Source: an unidentified eubacterium SCB49 (GTDB lineage Bacteria; Bacteroidota; Bacteroidia; Flavobacteriales; Flavobacteriaceae). From it: DNA of 32,000 bases. The notes under the pieces were generated by a model, which saw only the letters and a program-made list of their open reading frames with translations, did not search any database and was not told where the DNA came from. Every line of letters begins with the position of its first letter. The first letter of the stretch is position 1. The translations under genes and the position numbers were made by a program. This document shows positions 1 through 6,358 of the stretch, in pieces. The stretch lies in contig ABCO01000010.1 in assembly GCA_000170815.1 (NCBI GenBank), positions 81,652 through 113,651 of the forward strand. The letters run 5' to 3'.

Positions 1-36
1 ATAGGAGCGGTTTGGGCTATTTTATAAAAATAAGAC

Positions 37-1812
37 TTAAATCTTAGCCTGATAGGTATATAAATCGTGATATCTACCTTCTGTGGCAATTAACGCATCG
101 TGATCACCACGTTCTGCAATCTCACCATTTTCTATTACTAAAATTTGGTCTGCTTTTTTAATGGTACTTAAACGGTGAGCGATAATAATTGTGGTTCTGT
201 CTTTAATTAATTTATTAAGCGATTTTTGAATTAAAGCTTCACTTTCTGTATCTAGGTTAGAGGTAGCCTCGTCTAAAATTATAATTTTTGGGTTGGCTAG
301 TATGGCGCGAGCAATAGAGATACGCTGGCGTTGACCTCCAGAAAGTTTTACACCACGTTCGCCAATTAGTGTGTCTAAACCATCTTCAAAACGATCTGTA
401 AACTCATTAACATATCCTGCAGTAACTGCGGCTTGTACTTCTGCCTCCGTAGCATTAGGACGCGGAAACATAATGTTTTGGCGTATGGTTCCTTCAAATA
501 AAAACTCGTCTTGTAACACCACGCCTAAGTTTTTACGGTAGCTGCTCAGTTTTACAGTGCTTAAATCTACACCGTCAATACTTACAGTTCCAGAAGTAGG
601 CGTTAAAAAAGTAGCGGCAAGGCCTGCCATAGTAGATTTACCAGAACCAGAGCTTCCTACAAGGGCAATCACTTTACCAGCCTCTACGTTAAGGTTTATG
701 TTGTGTAGTACGTTTTTGTCTTCTTCGTAAGCAAAAGACACGTTTTTAAACTCAAGATGCCCTTTAATGTCGCCAAGAGTCTCTGTACGGTTTTTCATTT
801 CTTCTTCGGGTACAAGATTCATTAGCTCTTCTGTTCGGTCAAGACCAGCAAGGGCTTCTGTAAGTTGGCTCCCTATGTTACTCATTTGTACGATAGGCGC
901 AATCATTAGACCTAAAAACAAAGTAAAAGATAAAAACTCACCCGTTGTCATGCTGCCTTCTATCATAAAGTAACCACCTATTCCCATAATCCCCACAGAG
1001 GCAAGTCCTAATAAAAATGTAGAAGAACTAGACATGAGGGCAGTGGCAATGAGGCTCTTTTTTACATTCTGAAATAACTGATCCACACCCTTTTCAAAGA
1101 TTTTGTTTTCTTGTTCTTCTGCGTTAAAACCTTTTATTACTCTAACACCAGCTAGGGTTTCTGTCAATCTTCCTTTTACTTCGGCATTAATTTTTCCTCT
1201 CGCTCTAAAAATAGGACGGATGTATTTGAATGCCTTAAGCGCTACAATACCAAATAATATAACAGGAAGAAACACAAATAGGGTCATCCACGGATTAATT
1301 CTAATTAGCATTACAGTAGAAACAATCGCCGTTAATGTTCCACCTACAAGCTGAACCAGTCCTGTTCCTATTAAATTACGAACTCCTTCTACATCGCTCA
1401 TAATTCTAGAAACCAATGCGCCAGATTTTGTATTATCAAAAAAGCTAATAGGCAATGAGAGTACTTTTTTCTGCACTTTAGCACGTAGTTCGCTAATAAG
1501 GTATTGTGCTTGAACGCTTAATACTTTGGTTAAAAAGAAAGAAGTAATCGCTTGTACTAACAAGGCAACACCCACAAAAATGAGTAACTCTGTTAAGGCA
1601 GACATATCTTTATTTGGGATTACAGTATCTAAAAGCGCTTTAGATTTCCACGGAAGCACTAAACTTGCTAGTCTTCCAATAATAATGAGTATTAACCCCA
1701 CAAAAACAATATTTCGACGTGGCCAGATAATGGTCTTAAATGCCGAAAGCATGGTTACTTTATTTTCTTTGTTTTTAGTTTTGGGCTGTTTTTCTTGAGC
1801 GTAGTGTTGCAT
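37..1812 (-). CDS. ABC transporter, fused permease/ATP-binding protein (MsbA-like exporter)
   Basis: 591-aa ORF with an N-terminal multi-helix membrane domain followed by an NBD carrying Walker A GSSGSGKST, ABC signature LSGGQRQR and Walker B IIILDEATS. The true start is probably the internal Met (MLSAFKTII..., ATG at 1752), because a TAccTTTG -7 box lies at 1817-1824, only 5 nt upstream of the longest-ORF ATG. Confidence 0.92.
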   Translation of the reverse strand: MQHYAQEKQPKTKNKENKVTMLSAFKTIIWPRRNIVFVGLILIIIGRLASLVLPWKSKALLDTVIPNKDMSALTELLIFVGVALLVQAITSFFLTKVLSVQAQYLISELRAKVQKKVLSLPISFFDNTKSGALVSRIMSDVEGVRNLIGTGLVQLVGGTLTAIVSTVMLIRINPWMTLFVFLPVILFGIVALKAFKYIRPIFRARGKINAEVKGRLTETLAGVRVIKGFNAEEQENKIFEKGVDQLFQNVKKSLIATALMSSSSTFLLGLASVGIMGIGGYFMIEGSMTTGEFLSFTLFLGLMIAPIVQMSNIGSQLTEALAGLDRTEELMNLVPEEEMKNRTETLGDIKGHLEFKNVSFAYEEDKNVLHNINLNVEAGKVIALVGSSGSGKSTMAGLAATFLTPTSGTVSIDGVDLSTVKLSSYRKNLGVVLQDEFLFEGTIRQNIMFPRPNATEAEVQAAVTAGYVNEFTDRFEDGLDTLIGERGVKLSGGQRQRISIARAILANPKIIILDEATSNLDTESEALIQKSLNKLIKDRTTIIIAHRLSTIKKADQILVIENGEIAERGDHDALIATEGRYHDLYTYQAKI

Positions 1813-1816
1813 TTTG

Positions 1817-1824
1817 CAAAGGTA
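1817..1824 (-). promoter_or_regulatory. Bacteroidota-type -7 promoter box (TAccTTTG) for the ABC exporter gene
   Basis: The minus strand reads TACCTTTG, an exact match to TAnnTTTG. The -33 position reads GTG rather than TTG. Confidence 0.4.
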
Positions 1825-1893
1825 GAATTCTAATGGGTAATGTCACGGCATTTAACATTCTGTGTTATAGAAAATTTTAGTCTTTGGCTTTTT

Positions 1894-1949
1894 GGGGAAT
1901 AGGGAATAGGAATTAGAGATTTGGCATTAGAGAATAGAAAATAAAATAG
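1894..1949. repeat. Degenerate heptad tandem repeat, 8 units (GGGGAAT AGGGAAT AGGAATT AGAGATT TGGCATT AGAGAAT AGAAAAT AAAATAG)
   Basis: The 7-bp register was read directly from the sequence. There is only one C (1925) on the + strand. It belongs to the same family, in inverse orientation, as the TCCATAY heptads inside array B. Confidence 0.8.
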
Positions 1950-1973
1950 TTCTATGTGGTTATTTTTGCTCAA

Positions 1974-1994
1974 GACTCACGACTCACGACTCAT
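1974..1994. repeat. Heptad tandem repeat, 3 units (GACTCAC GACTCAC GACTCAT)
   Basis: Read directly. It overlaps the stop codon of the 1991-2557 gene and is the reverse complement of the GTGAGTR heptads at 2578-2654. Confidence 0.75.
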
Positions 1995-2557
1995 TGCTTT
2001 TCTCCAATCTTCTCAATTATTTTTTCGGCTCTGTTTTTATAGCCTGCGGTTCCAGAAGGTAATTTCTGCTCTAAAATCACTTTTAGTTCTGGGTGAATCC
2101 AGTCTATTTCTGTGCCTATTAAATACAAACAGGTCATAGCGCGTGCGGTACAAGCTACTTTTTTGTCTTCTATAATCCAGTCAAAACAGGCCTCGGTAAG
2201 TATTTCTTTATGGGCTGCGGTTAATGGTGGTTTGCTGTATTTTTTAGAGGTTTTGTAATACGCTAGGCATAATTTCTCAGCAATATTAGCAAGCGGTCGT
2301 ACCGTTTGTTCTTTCTTCGGAAACGTGATGCGTTCAAAAAATAGGTCTAAATGATTATGGAGTAGGCTAGGGTTTTCAATTACCACAAACTCGAGTACCC
2401 AAGCCGCCTTATGAGTTATTTCCTCTTGAGTTTCTAAATACACATAATCAATTAGTTCTGGAATGGTCTCGGGATGTTCTATTACCCAATGTGCAGCAGC
2501 AAGCCTGTTTGCTCGGTAGGCTTTTGCGTAGTTTATTTGGGCTAGGAGGGTGGACAT
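1991..2557 (-). CDS. Hypothetical protein, probably all-helical (ARM/HEAT-like repeat fold suspected)
   Basis: 188-aa ORF with normal composition. I recognise no catalytic motif. Helix-rich periodic hydrophobic pattern (e.g. AAWVLEFVVIENPSLLHNHLDLFFERI). It is bracketed by heptad tracts. Confidence 0.65.
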   Translation of the reverse strand: MSTLLAQINYAKAYRANRLAAAHWVIEHPETIPELIDYVYLETQEEITHKAAWVLEFVVIENPSLLHNHLDLFFERITFPKKEQTVRPLANIAEKLCLAYYKTSKKYSKPPLTAAHKEILTEACFDWIIEDKKVACTARAMTCLYLIGTEIDWIHPELKVILEQKLPSGTAGYKNRAEKIIEKIGEKQ

Positions 2558-2577
2558 GTTATAAAGATAAGGAGAAA

Positions 2578-2654
2578 GTTGTGAGTGGTTAGTAGTGAGT
2601 AGTGAGTTTTTAGTATTGAGTAGTTAGTATTGAGTGGTTAGTATTGAGTAATAC
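2578..2654. repeat. Degenerate heptad tandem repeat, 11 units (GTRRTKA: GTTGTGA GTGGTTA GTAGTGA GTAGTGA GTTTTTA GTATTGA GTAGTTA GTATTGA GTGGTTA GTATTGA GTAATAC)
   Basis: Read directly. The + strand has no C over 2578-2653, so the stretch is G-free in the sense of the minus-strand gene whose ATG lies 21 nt away at 2557. Confidence 0.85.
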
Positions 2655-2683
2655 GTATTAAATTCATAAATGAATTTCTCATT

Positions 2684-3508
2684 TTGTATTTTAACTAAAA
2701 CAGCAGCCTCTTGTCAGTCTGAGCGCAGTCGAAGACAATATTCTTCGCTATTTTAAAATTGTGGAGAGTTTCTTTCCTTTAACAATTTGGGCTTCACTAT
2801 GCATTTCGACTGCGCTCAATGTGACAAAAATTATTTTTTTTATTTCAACTAAAGCAGCAGCCCCTTGTCAGTCTGAGCGCAGTCGAAGACAATTTTATTC
2901 GCTATTTTAAAATAGTGGAGAATTACTTTCCTTTAACAATTTGGGCTTCACTATGCATTTCGACTGCGCTCAATGTGACAAAATTTAAAAGTTTGTTATT
3001 CAAGTAAAGCAGCAGCCCTTGTCAGTCTGAGCGCAGTCGAAGACAATTTTATTTGCTATTTTAAAATTGTGGAGAATTCCTTTCCTTTAACAATTTGGGC
3101 TTCTATACGCATTTCGACTGCGCTCAATGTGACAAAATTTAAAAGTTTGTTATTCAAGTAAAGCAGCAGCCCTTGTCAGTCTGAGCGCAGTCGAAGACAA
3201 TTTTCTTCGCTATTTTAAAATTGTGGAGAGTTTCTTTCCTTTAACAATTTAGGCTTCACTATGCATTTCGACTGCGCTCAATGTGACAAAAGTTAAAAGT
3301 TTGTATTTCAACTAAAGCCAAAGCATCTTGTCAGTCTGAGCGCAGTCGAAGACAATATTCTTCGCTATTTTAAAATTGTGGAGAGTTTCTTTCCTTTAAC
3401 AATTTAGGCTTCACTATGCATTTCGACTGCGCTCAATATGACAAAATTTAAAAGTTTATAATTCAACTAAACCCGAAGCCCTTTGTCAGTCTGAGCGCAG
3501 TCGAAGAC
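2684..3508. repeat. Array A: 5.3 tandem copies of a 154-155-bp palindromic (long-hairpin) unit
   Basis: The left arm GTCAGTCTGAGCGCAGTCGAAGAC starts at 2713, 2867, 3021, 3175, 3330 and 3485. The inverted partner TTTCGACTGCGCTCAATGTGAC starts at 2804, 2958, 3112, 3266 and 3421. The loop is 67 nt and the linker 41 nt. There is no ORF of 60 aa or more on either strand. Confidence 0.95.
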
Positions 3509-3527
3509 AATCATGTAGCAGAGAGCA

Positions 3528-4202
3528 TTAGTTGTTAATCATTTCAACCACCTTCAAAACTCCTGTACTTGCTTTTTCTGCTACTACGGTTAGTTTGCTA
3601 TTAGAAGACAAAGAGGGCTTAGGATCTACAAAATAAAGAGAAGCATGTTGGGGAGCGTATTGCATTAATCCAGCTGCAGGATATACTTGCATAGAGGTAC
3701 CTACAATAATAACGACATCAGCTTTTTCTACAATAGAGATTGCCTTGTCTAGTGCAGGAACTTCTTCGCCAAACCAAACAATATGCGGACGCCATTGATG
3801 TCCTTTTTCACATAAGTCGCCCACTTGTATGTCTTTGTCCCAATATTTAATGTCTTTACTGTTTCCGGAGCTACGTATTTTAAGGAGTTCGCCGTGAAGG
3901 TGTAGTACATTTTTACTTCCTGCCCGTTCGTGAAGATCATCTACGTTTTGAGTAATCACATACACATTGTGTTGTTCTTGCAATTGAGCTAGGGCTAAGT
4001 GTGCAGCATTCGGTTTTACTTCTAGTAACTGCCTACGGCGCTGGTTATAAAAATCTAAAACTAATGCTGGGTTTTTAGCAAAACCTTCTGGAGTGGCAAC
4101 CTCCATCACGTCGTGACCTTCCCATAAGCCATTAGCATCTCTAAAAGTTTTAATGCCGCTTTCTGCAGAGATACCAGCGCCTGTTAATATTGTGATGTTC
4201 AT
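3528..4202 (-). CDS. cobB: NAD-dependent protein deacylase, class III sirtuin (CobB/Sir2 family)
   Basis: 224 aa with GAGISAESGIKTFRD (NAD-binding), QNVDDLHERAG, catalytic HLHG, VWFGE and GTSMQVYPAA. It aligns colinearly by eye with E. coli CobB. A Y-x-x-R pair (FYNQRRR) is typical of class III deacylases. Confidence 0.92.
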   Translation of the reverse strand: MNITILTGAGISAESGIKTFRDANGLWEGHDVMEVATPEGFAKNPALVLDFYNQRRRQLLEVKPNAAHLALAQLQEQHNVYVITQNVDDLHERAGSKNVLHLHGELLKIRSSGNSKDIKYWDKDIQVGDLCEKGHQWRPHIVWFGEEVPALDKAISIVEKADVVIIVGTSMQVYPAAGLMQYAPQHASLYFVDPKPSLSSNSKLTVVAEKASTGVLKVVEMINN

Positions 4203-4274
4203 TTTTGTTTTGATTTTAATCGTTGGCTCTAAACCGTTAGTATTGTGTTTTATTCTGTGAGTAAAAATAGTGAT

Positions 4275-4918
4275 AAAGGTAACATTGCTGATTATTAAAA
4301 TAAAGTAGCTAATCTATATTCCATACTCCATATTCTATTTTCCAAAAATTAAGAGCTGTAATTTTCTTATTCTTCACAGTCATGTTGAGCCTGTCGAAGC
4401 ACAACAAACAGCAAGTAATTTTAATCCGTTAAGTATTGCCCTTCGACAAGCTCAGGGTGACTGTATCATTAATTAAGATAAAGTAACTTGTCTATACTCT
4501 ATATTCCATACTCCATATTCTATTTTCCAAAAATGAAGAGCTATAATTTATTTATTCTTCACAGTCATGCTGAGCCTGTCGAAGCACAACAAATAGCAAG
4601 TAATTTTAATCCGTTAAGTATTACCCTTCGACAAGCTCAGGGTGACTGTATCATTAATTAAGATAAAGTAACTTGTCTATACTCTATATTCCATACTCCA
4701 TATTCTATTTTCCAAAAAATAAGAGCTGTAATTTATTTATTCTTCACAGTCATGCTGAGCCTGTCGAAGCACAACAAACAGCAAGTAATTTTAATCAGTT
4801 AAGCATTGCCCTTCGACAAGCTCAGGGTGACATGCTGATTATTTGAGTAAAGCAAATCGTCTATATTCCATACTCTATTCTCCATATTCTATTTTCCAAT
4901 CGACAAGCTCAGGGTGAC
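4275..4918. repeat. Array B: 3 full plus partial copies of a 185-bp palindromic unit (second arm family)
   Basis: The left arm GTCATG(C/T)TGAGCCTGTCGAAGCAC starts at 4379, 4564 and 4749. The inverted partner (G/A)CCCTTCGACAAGCTCAGGGTGAC starts at 4438, 4623 and 4808. The loop is 35 nt. A truncated extra right arm lies at 4900-4918 and a degenerate remnant at 4278-4283. The roughly 50-nt flank at 4278-4327 is repeated at 4913-4962. Confidence 0.93.
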
Positions 4919-4947
4919 ATTGCTGATTATTAAAATAAAGTAGCTAG

Positions 4948-5010
4948 TCTATATTCCATACTCTATTCTCCATATTCCAAATACCTTACTCCACTCTTCA
5001 TTTTCTGTTT
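4948..5010. repeat. Degenerate heptad tract, about 9 units (TCTATAT TCCATAC TCTATTC TCCATAT TCCAAAT ACCTTAC TCCACTC TTCATTT TCTGTTT)
   Basis: Read directly. The + strand has no G over 4948-5006. The same heptads (TCTATAT TCCATAC TCCATAT TCTATTT TCCAAAA) occur in every array B unit, e.g. 4313-4347. Confidence 0.8.
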
Positions 5011-5072
5011 TTCCTGAAAACAAAAGTCTCATTAATAAAAAAGCACACAAACCTTGTCCGTTTGCTTCCTGT

Positions 5073-5771
5073 TTGCTTATTTTACAACTAAAATTACAGT
5101 ATATTTTGGATATAGAACTATTAGAATATTTAAAAGGTTTTTTAACCGAAGAACGTATGGAACGTTTTGAGAAAATACTTAGTGAACGCACCAAGCATTT
5201 TACGGTCGTTACAGAAGATGTGTATCAAATTCATAACACAAGTGCCGTAATGCGTTCTTGTGATGCTTTTGGGATTCAAGACTTACATCTTGTAGAGGAG
5301 AAGTTTGGAAAACGTGTAGACAAAGAGATTGCAATGGGGGCTCAAAAATGGGTAACGTTGCATAGACATTCTAATCTTGAAGACTGTGTTTCTACACTTA
5401 AAGATAAAGGATATCAGATTGTTGCTACCTCACCACACGCAGATGCAAGTTATTTGCATGATTTTGATTACACAAAGAAGAGTGCCATTTTCTTCGGAAC
5501 TGAAAAAGACGGATTAACAGAAGGTGTTTTAGAGCAAGCAGATGCGTTAATAAAAGTGCCGATGTATGGTTTTACCGAAAGTTTAAATATTTCTGTTTCT
5601 GCTGCTATTATTATGCAGCACTTAGTGACTAAGCTAAAATTAAGTGATATTGACTGGCGCATTTCCGAAGAAGAAAAACAAGAATTAGAGCTGCAATGGG
5701 CAAAAAATACGATTAAATCACATAAGAAAATAGTTGATCGCTTTAATGAAAATAGAGCCTTGAAAGGTTAA
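5073..5771 (+). CDS. trmH: SpoU/TrmH-family tRNA/rRNA 2'-O-ribose methyltransferase
   Basis: Contains HNTSAVMRSCDAFG, FFGTEKDGLT and VPMYGFTESLNISVSAAI, the three SPOUT/SpoU motifs, and aligns with E. coli TrmH from about MERFEKIL. The start is uncertain: ATG 5073, TTG 5106 or ATG 5157. Confidence 0.88.
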   Translation: MLILQLKLQYILDIELLEYLKGFLTEERMERFEKILSERTKHFTVVTEDVYQIHNTSAVMRSCDAFGIQDLHLVEEKFGKRVDKEIAMGAQKWVTLHRHSNLEDCVSTLKDKGYQIVATSPHADASYLHDFDYTKKSAIFFGTEKDGLTEGVLEQADALIKVPMYGFTESLNISVSAAIIMQHLVTKLKLSDIDWRISEEEKQELELQWAKNTIKSHKKIVDRFNENRALKG

Positions 5772-5820
5772 ATGTAAAAAGTAAAATTCAAAATGTAAAA
5801 GTTAAGTAGAAAGTGTAAAA
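5772..5820. repeat. Degenerate heptad tract, 7 units (ATGTAAA AAGTAAA ATTCAAA ATGTAAA AGTTAAG TAGAAAG TGTAAAA)
   Basis: Read directly. It starts at the first base after the trmH stop codon and ends 5 nt before the next ATG. The + strand has a single C (5789). Confidence 0.75.
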
Positions 5821-5825
5821 ACCTT

Positions 5826-6356
5826 ATGAAGTTAGTCATCTTTTTATGTATTCCTTTTGCTGTGTTATCACAGCAATCACCAAGGTATTTGGGGTTTATG
5901 AAGACTATAAGTCCTGTAGATTCTTCCAAGGTTATTAAAAAGTACAAGAACGGTCAGCTACGAGAAGCGGGTAAAGAGTATGTCTTTGAAACGGAAGATT
6001 ATTTATACACTTCTCTTGTTGGTGAAAACTTGAGTTATTTTAAGTCTGGAGCTTTGTCTAGAAAAACAATTTTTGATGATTTGGGTATTCAACTTTCAGA
6101 TATCTATTATGATGAAGATGGTCAGATACTTCAAGAGAACTTGACTCAAAAACTTGATACTTCTGTAAAAACTGCTGAAGAATTTTTTGATGATACAAAC
6201 TTTGATATAACAACATATGCTAAGTTTTATTCGTTTTCTGTAAAGTTTTGTAGGTATTACCTAAAGAAAGAAGGGGCTTGTTTTAATTATAAAAAAACGG
6301 GAGTTTGGAAAATATACAATCCAGATGGTTCACTCAAAAAAGAAAAATCATACTAA
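5826..6356 (+). CDS. Hypothetical secreted protein (possible MORN-variant/YwqK-like repeats)
   Basis: 176 aa with an N-terminal signal-like segment MKLVIFLCIPFAVLSQ. The motifs YKNGQLREAGKEY and GVWKIYNPDGSLKKE resemble MORN-variant repeats. It is bracketed by heptad tracts. Confidence 0.65.
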   Translation: MKLVIFLCIPFAVLSQQSPRYLGFMKTISPVDSSKVIKKYKNGQLREAGKEYVFETEDYLYTSLVGENLSYFKSGALSRKTIFDDLGIQLSDIYYDEDGQILQENLTQKLDTSVKTAEEFFDDTNFDITTYAKFYSFSVKFCRYYLKKEGACFNYKKTGVWKIYNPDGSLKKEKSY

Positions 6357-6358
6357 AA

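Noticed and set aside
767-1798. Three + strand ORFs (68, 83 and 90 aa) inside the ABC exporter gene. Analogous antisense ORFs lie at 1954-2139, 3749-3940, 5468-5662, 7415-7654, 8092-8337, 8456-8695, 12383-12598, 16864-17184, 17401-17583, 17872-18057, 18216-18446, 20971-21162, 21192-21494, 21277-21480, 23581-23781, 25102-25299 and 26355-26630.
   Set aside because: They are shadow ORFs lying antisense or out of frame within strongly supported genes. They have biased, low-complexity composition and no motifs.
2713-2825. The arms might encode a small self-cleaving ribozyme (they contain hammerhead-like CUGA and GAA elements and a GUC).
   Set aside because: The hammerhead core requires CUGANGA and GAAA boxes in a three-way junction. 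Here the sequence is CUGAGCG inside a continuous duplex with its partner arm, and no three-stem junction can be drawn.
2684-3508. The inverted-repeat units might be integron attC sites or gene cassettes.
   Set aside because: There are no cassette ORFs between the units, no intI integrase, and no GTTRRRY core sites at the arm ends.
3528-4202. Sir2-domain protein as an anti-phage NADase effector (Thoeris ThsA, DSR, SIR2-HerA or pAgo-associated).
   Set aside because: The protein is short (224 aa) and single-domain, aligns colinearly with E. coli CobB, and has the sirtuin GAGxSxxSGIxxFR, catalytic HG and Y-x-x-R motifs. There is no partner gene (ThsB/TIR, HerA, Argonaute) nearby.
2798-4612. Micro-ORFs inside the repeat units, e.g. 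MHFDCAQCDKI (ATG 2952) and MLSLSKHNK (ATG 4568).
   Set aside because: These are not conserved as coding. The ATG is lost in array A copy 3 (ACG), the peptide lengths differ between copies (11 versus 17 aa; 9 versus 16 aa), and the conservation follows the nucleic-acid pairing rather than a reading frame.
2684-4918. The regularly spaced repeats might be CRISPR arrays.
   Set aside because: The segments between the repeated arms are themselves conserved from unit to unit, so they are not unique spacers. The units are 154-185 bp, adjacent arms are inverted rather than direct, and no cas genes are present in the window.
2684-4918. Type III toxin-antitoxin-like layout (a tandem RNA repeat array upstream of a toxin gene, as in toxIN), with cobB or the 188-aa gene as the toxin.
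   Set aside because: Known type III antitoxin repeats are a few tens of nt, not 154-185 nt. The downstream proteins are a canonical CobB sirtuin with intact housekeeping motifs and a helical protein, not ToxN/AbiE-like endoribonucleases. The same arm family also occurs as a solo element next to unrelated genes (24246-24316).
4949-5194. 81-aa minus-strand ORF.
   Set aside because: It spans a heptad tract and the 5' end of the trmH-like gene in antisense. It is low-complexity (Ser/Lys/Ile-rich) and has no supporting signals.
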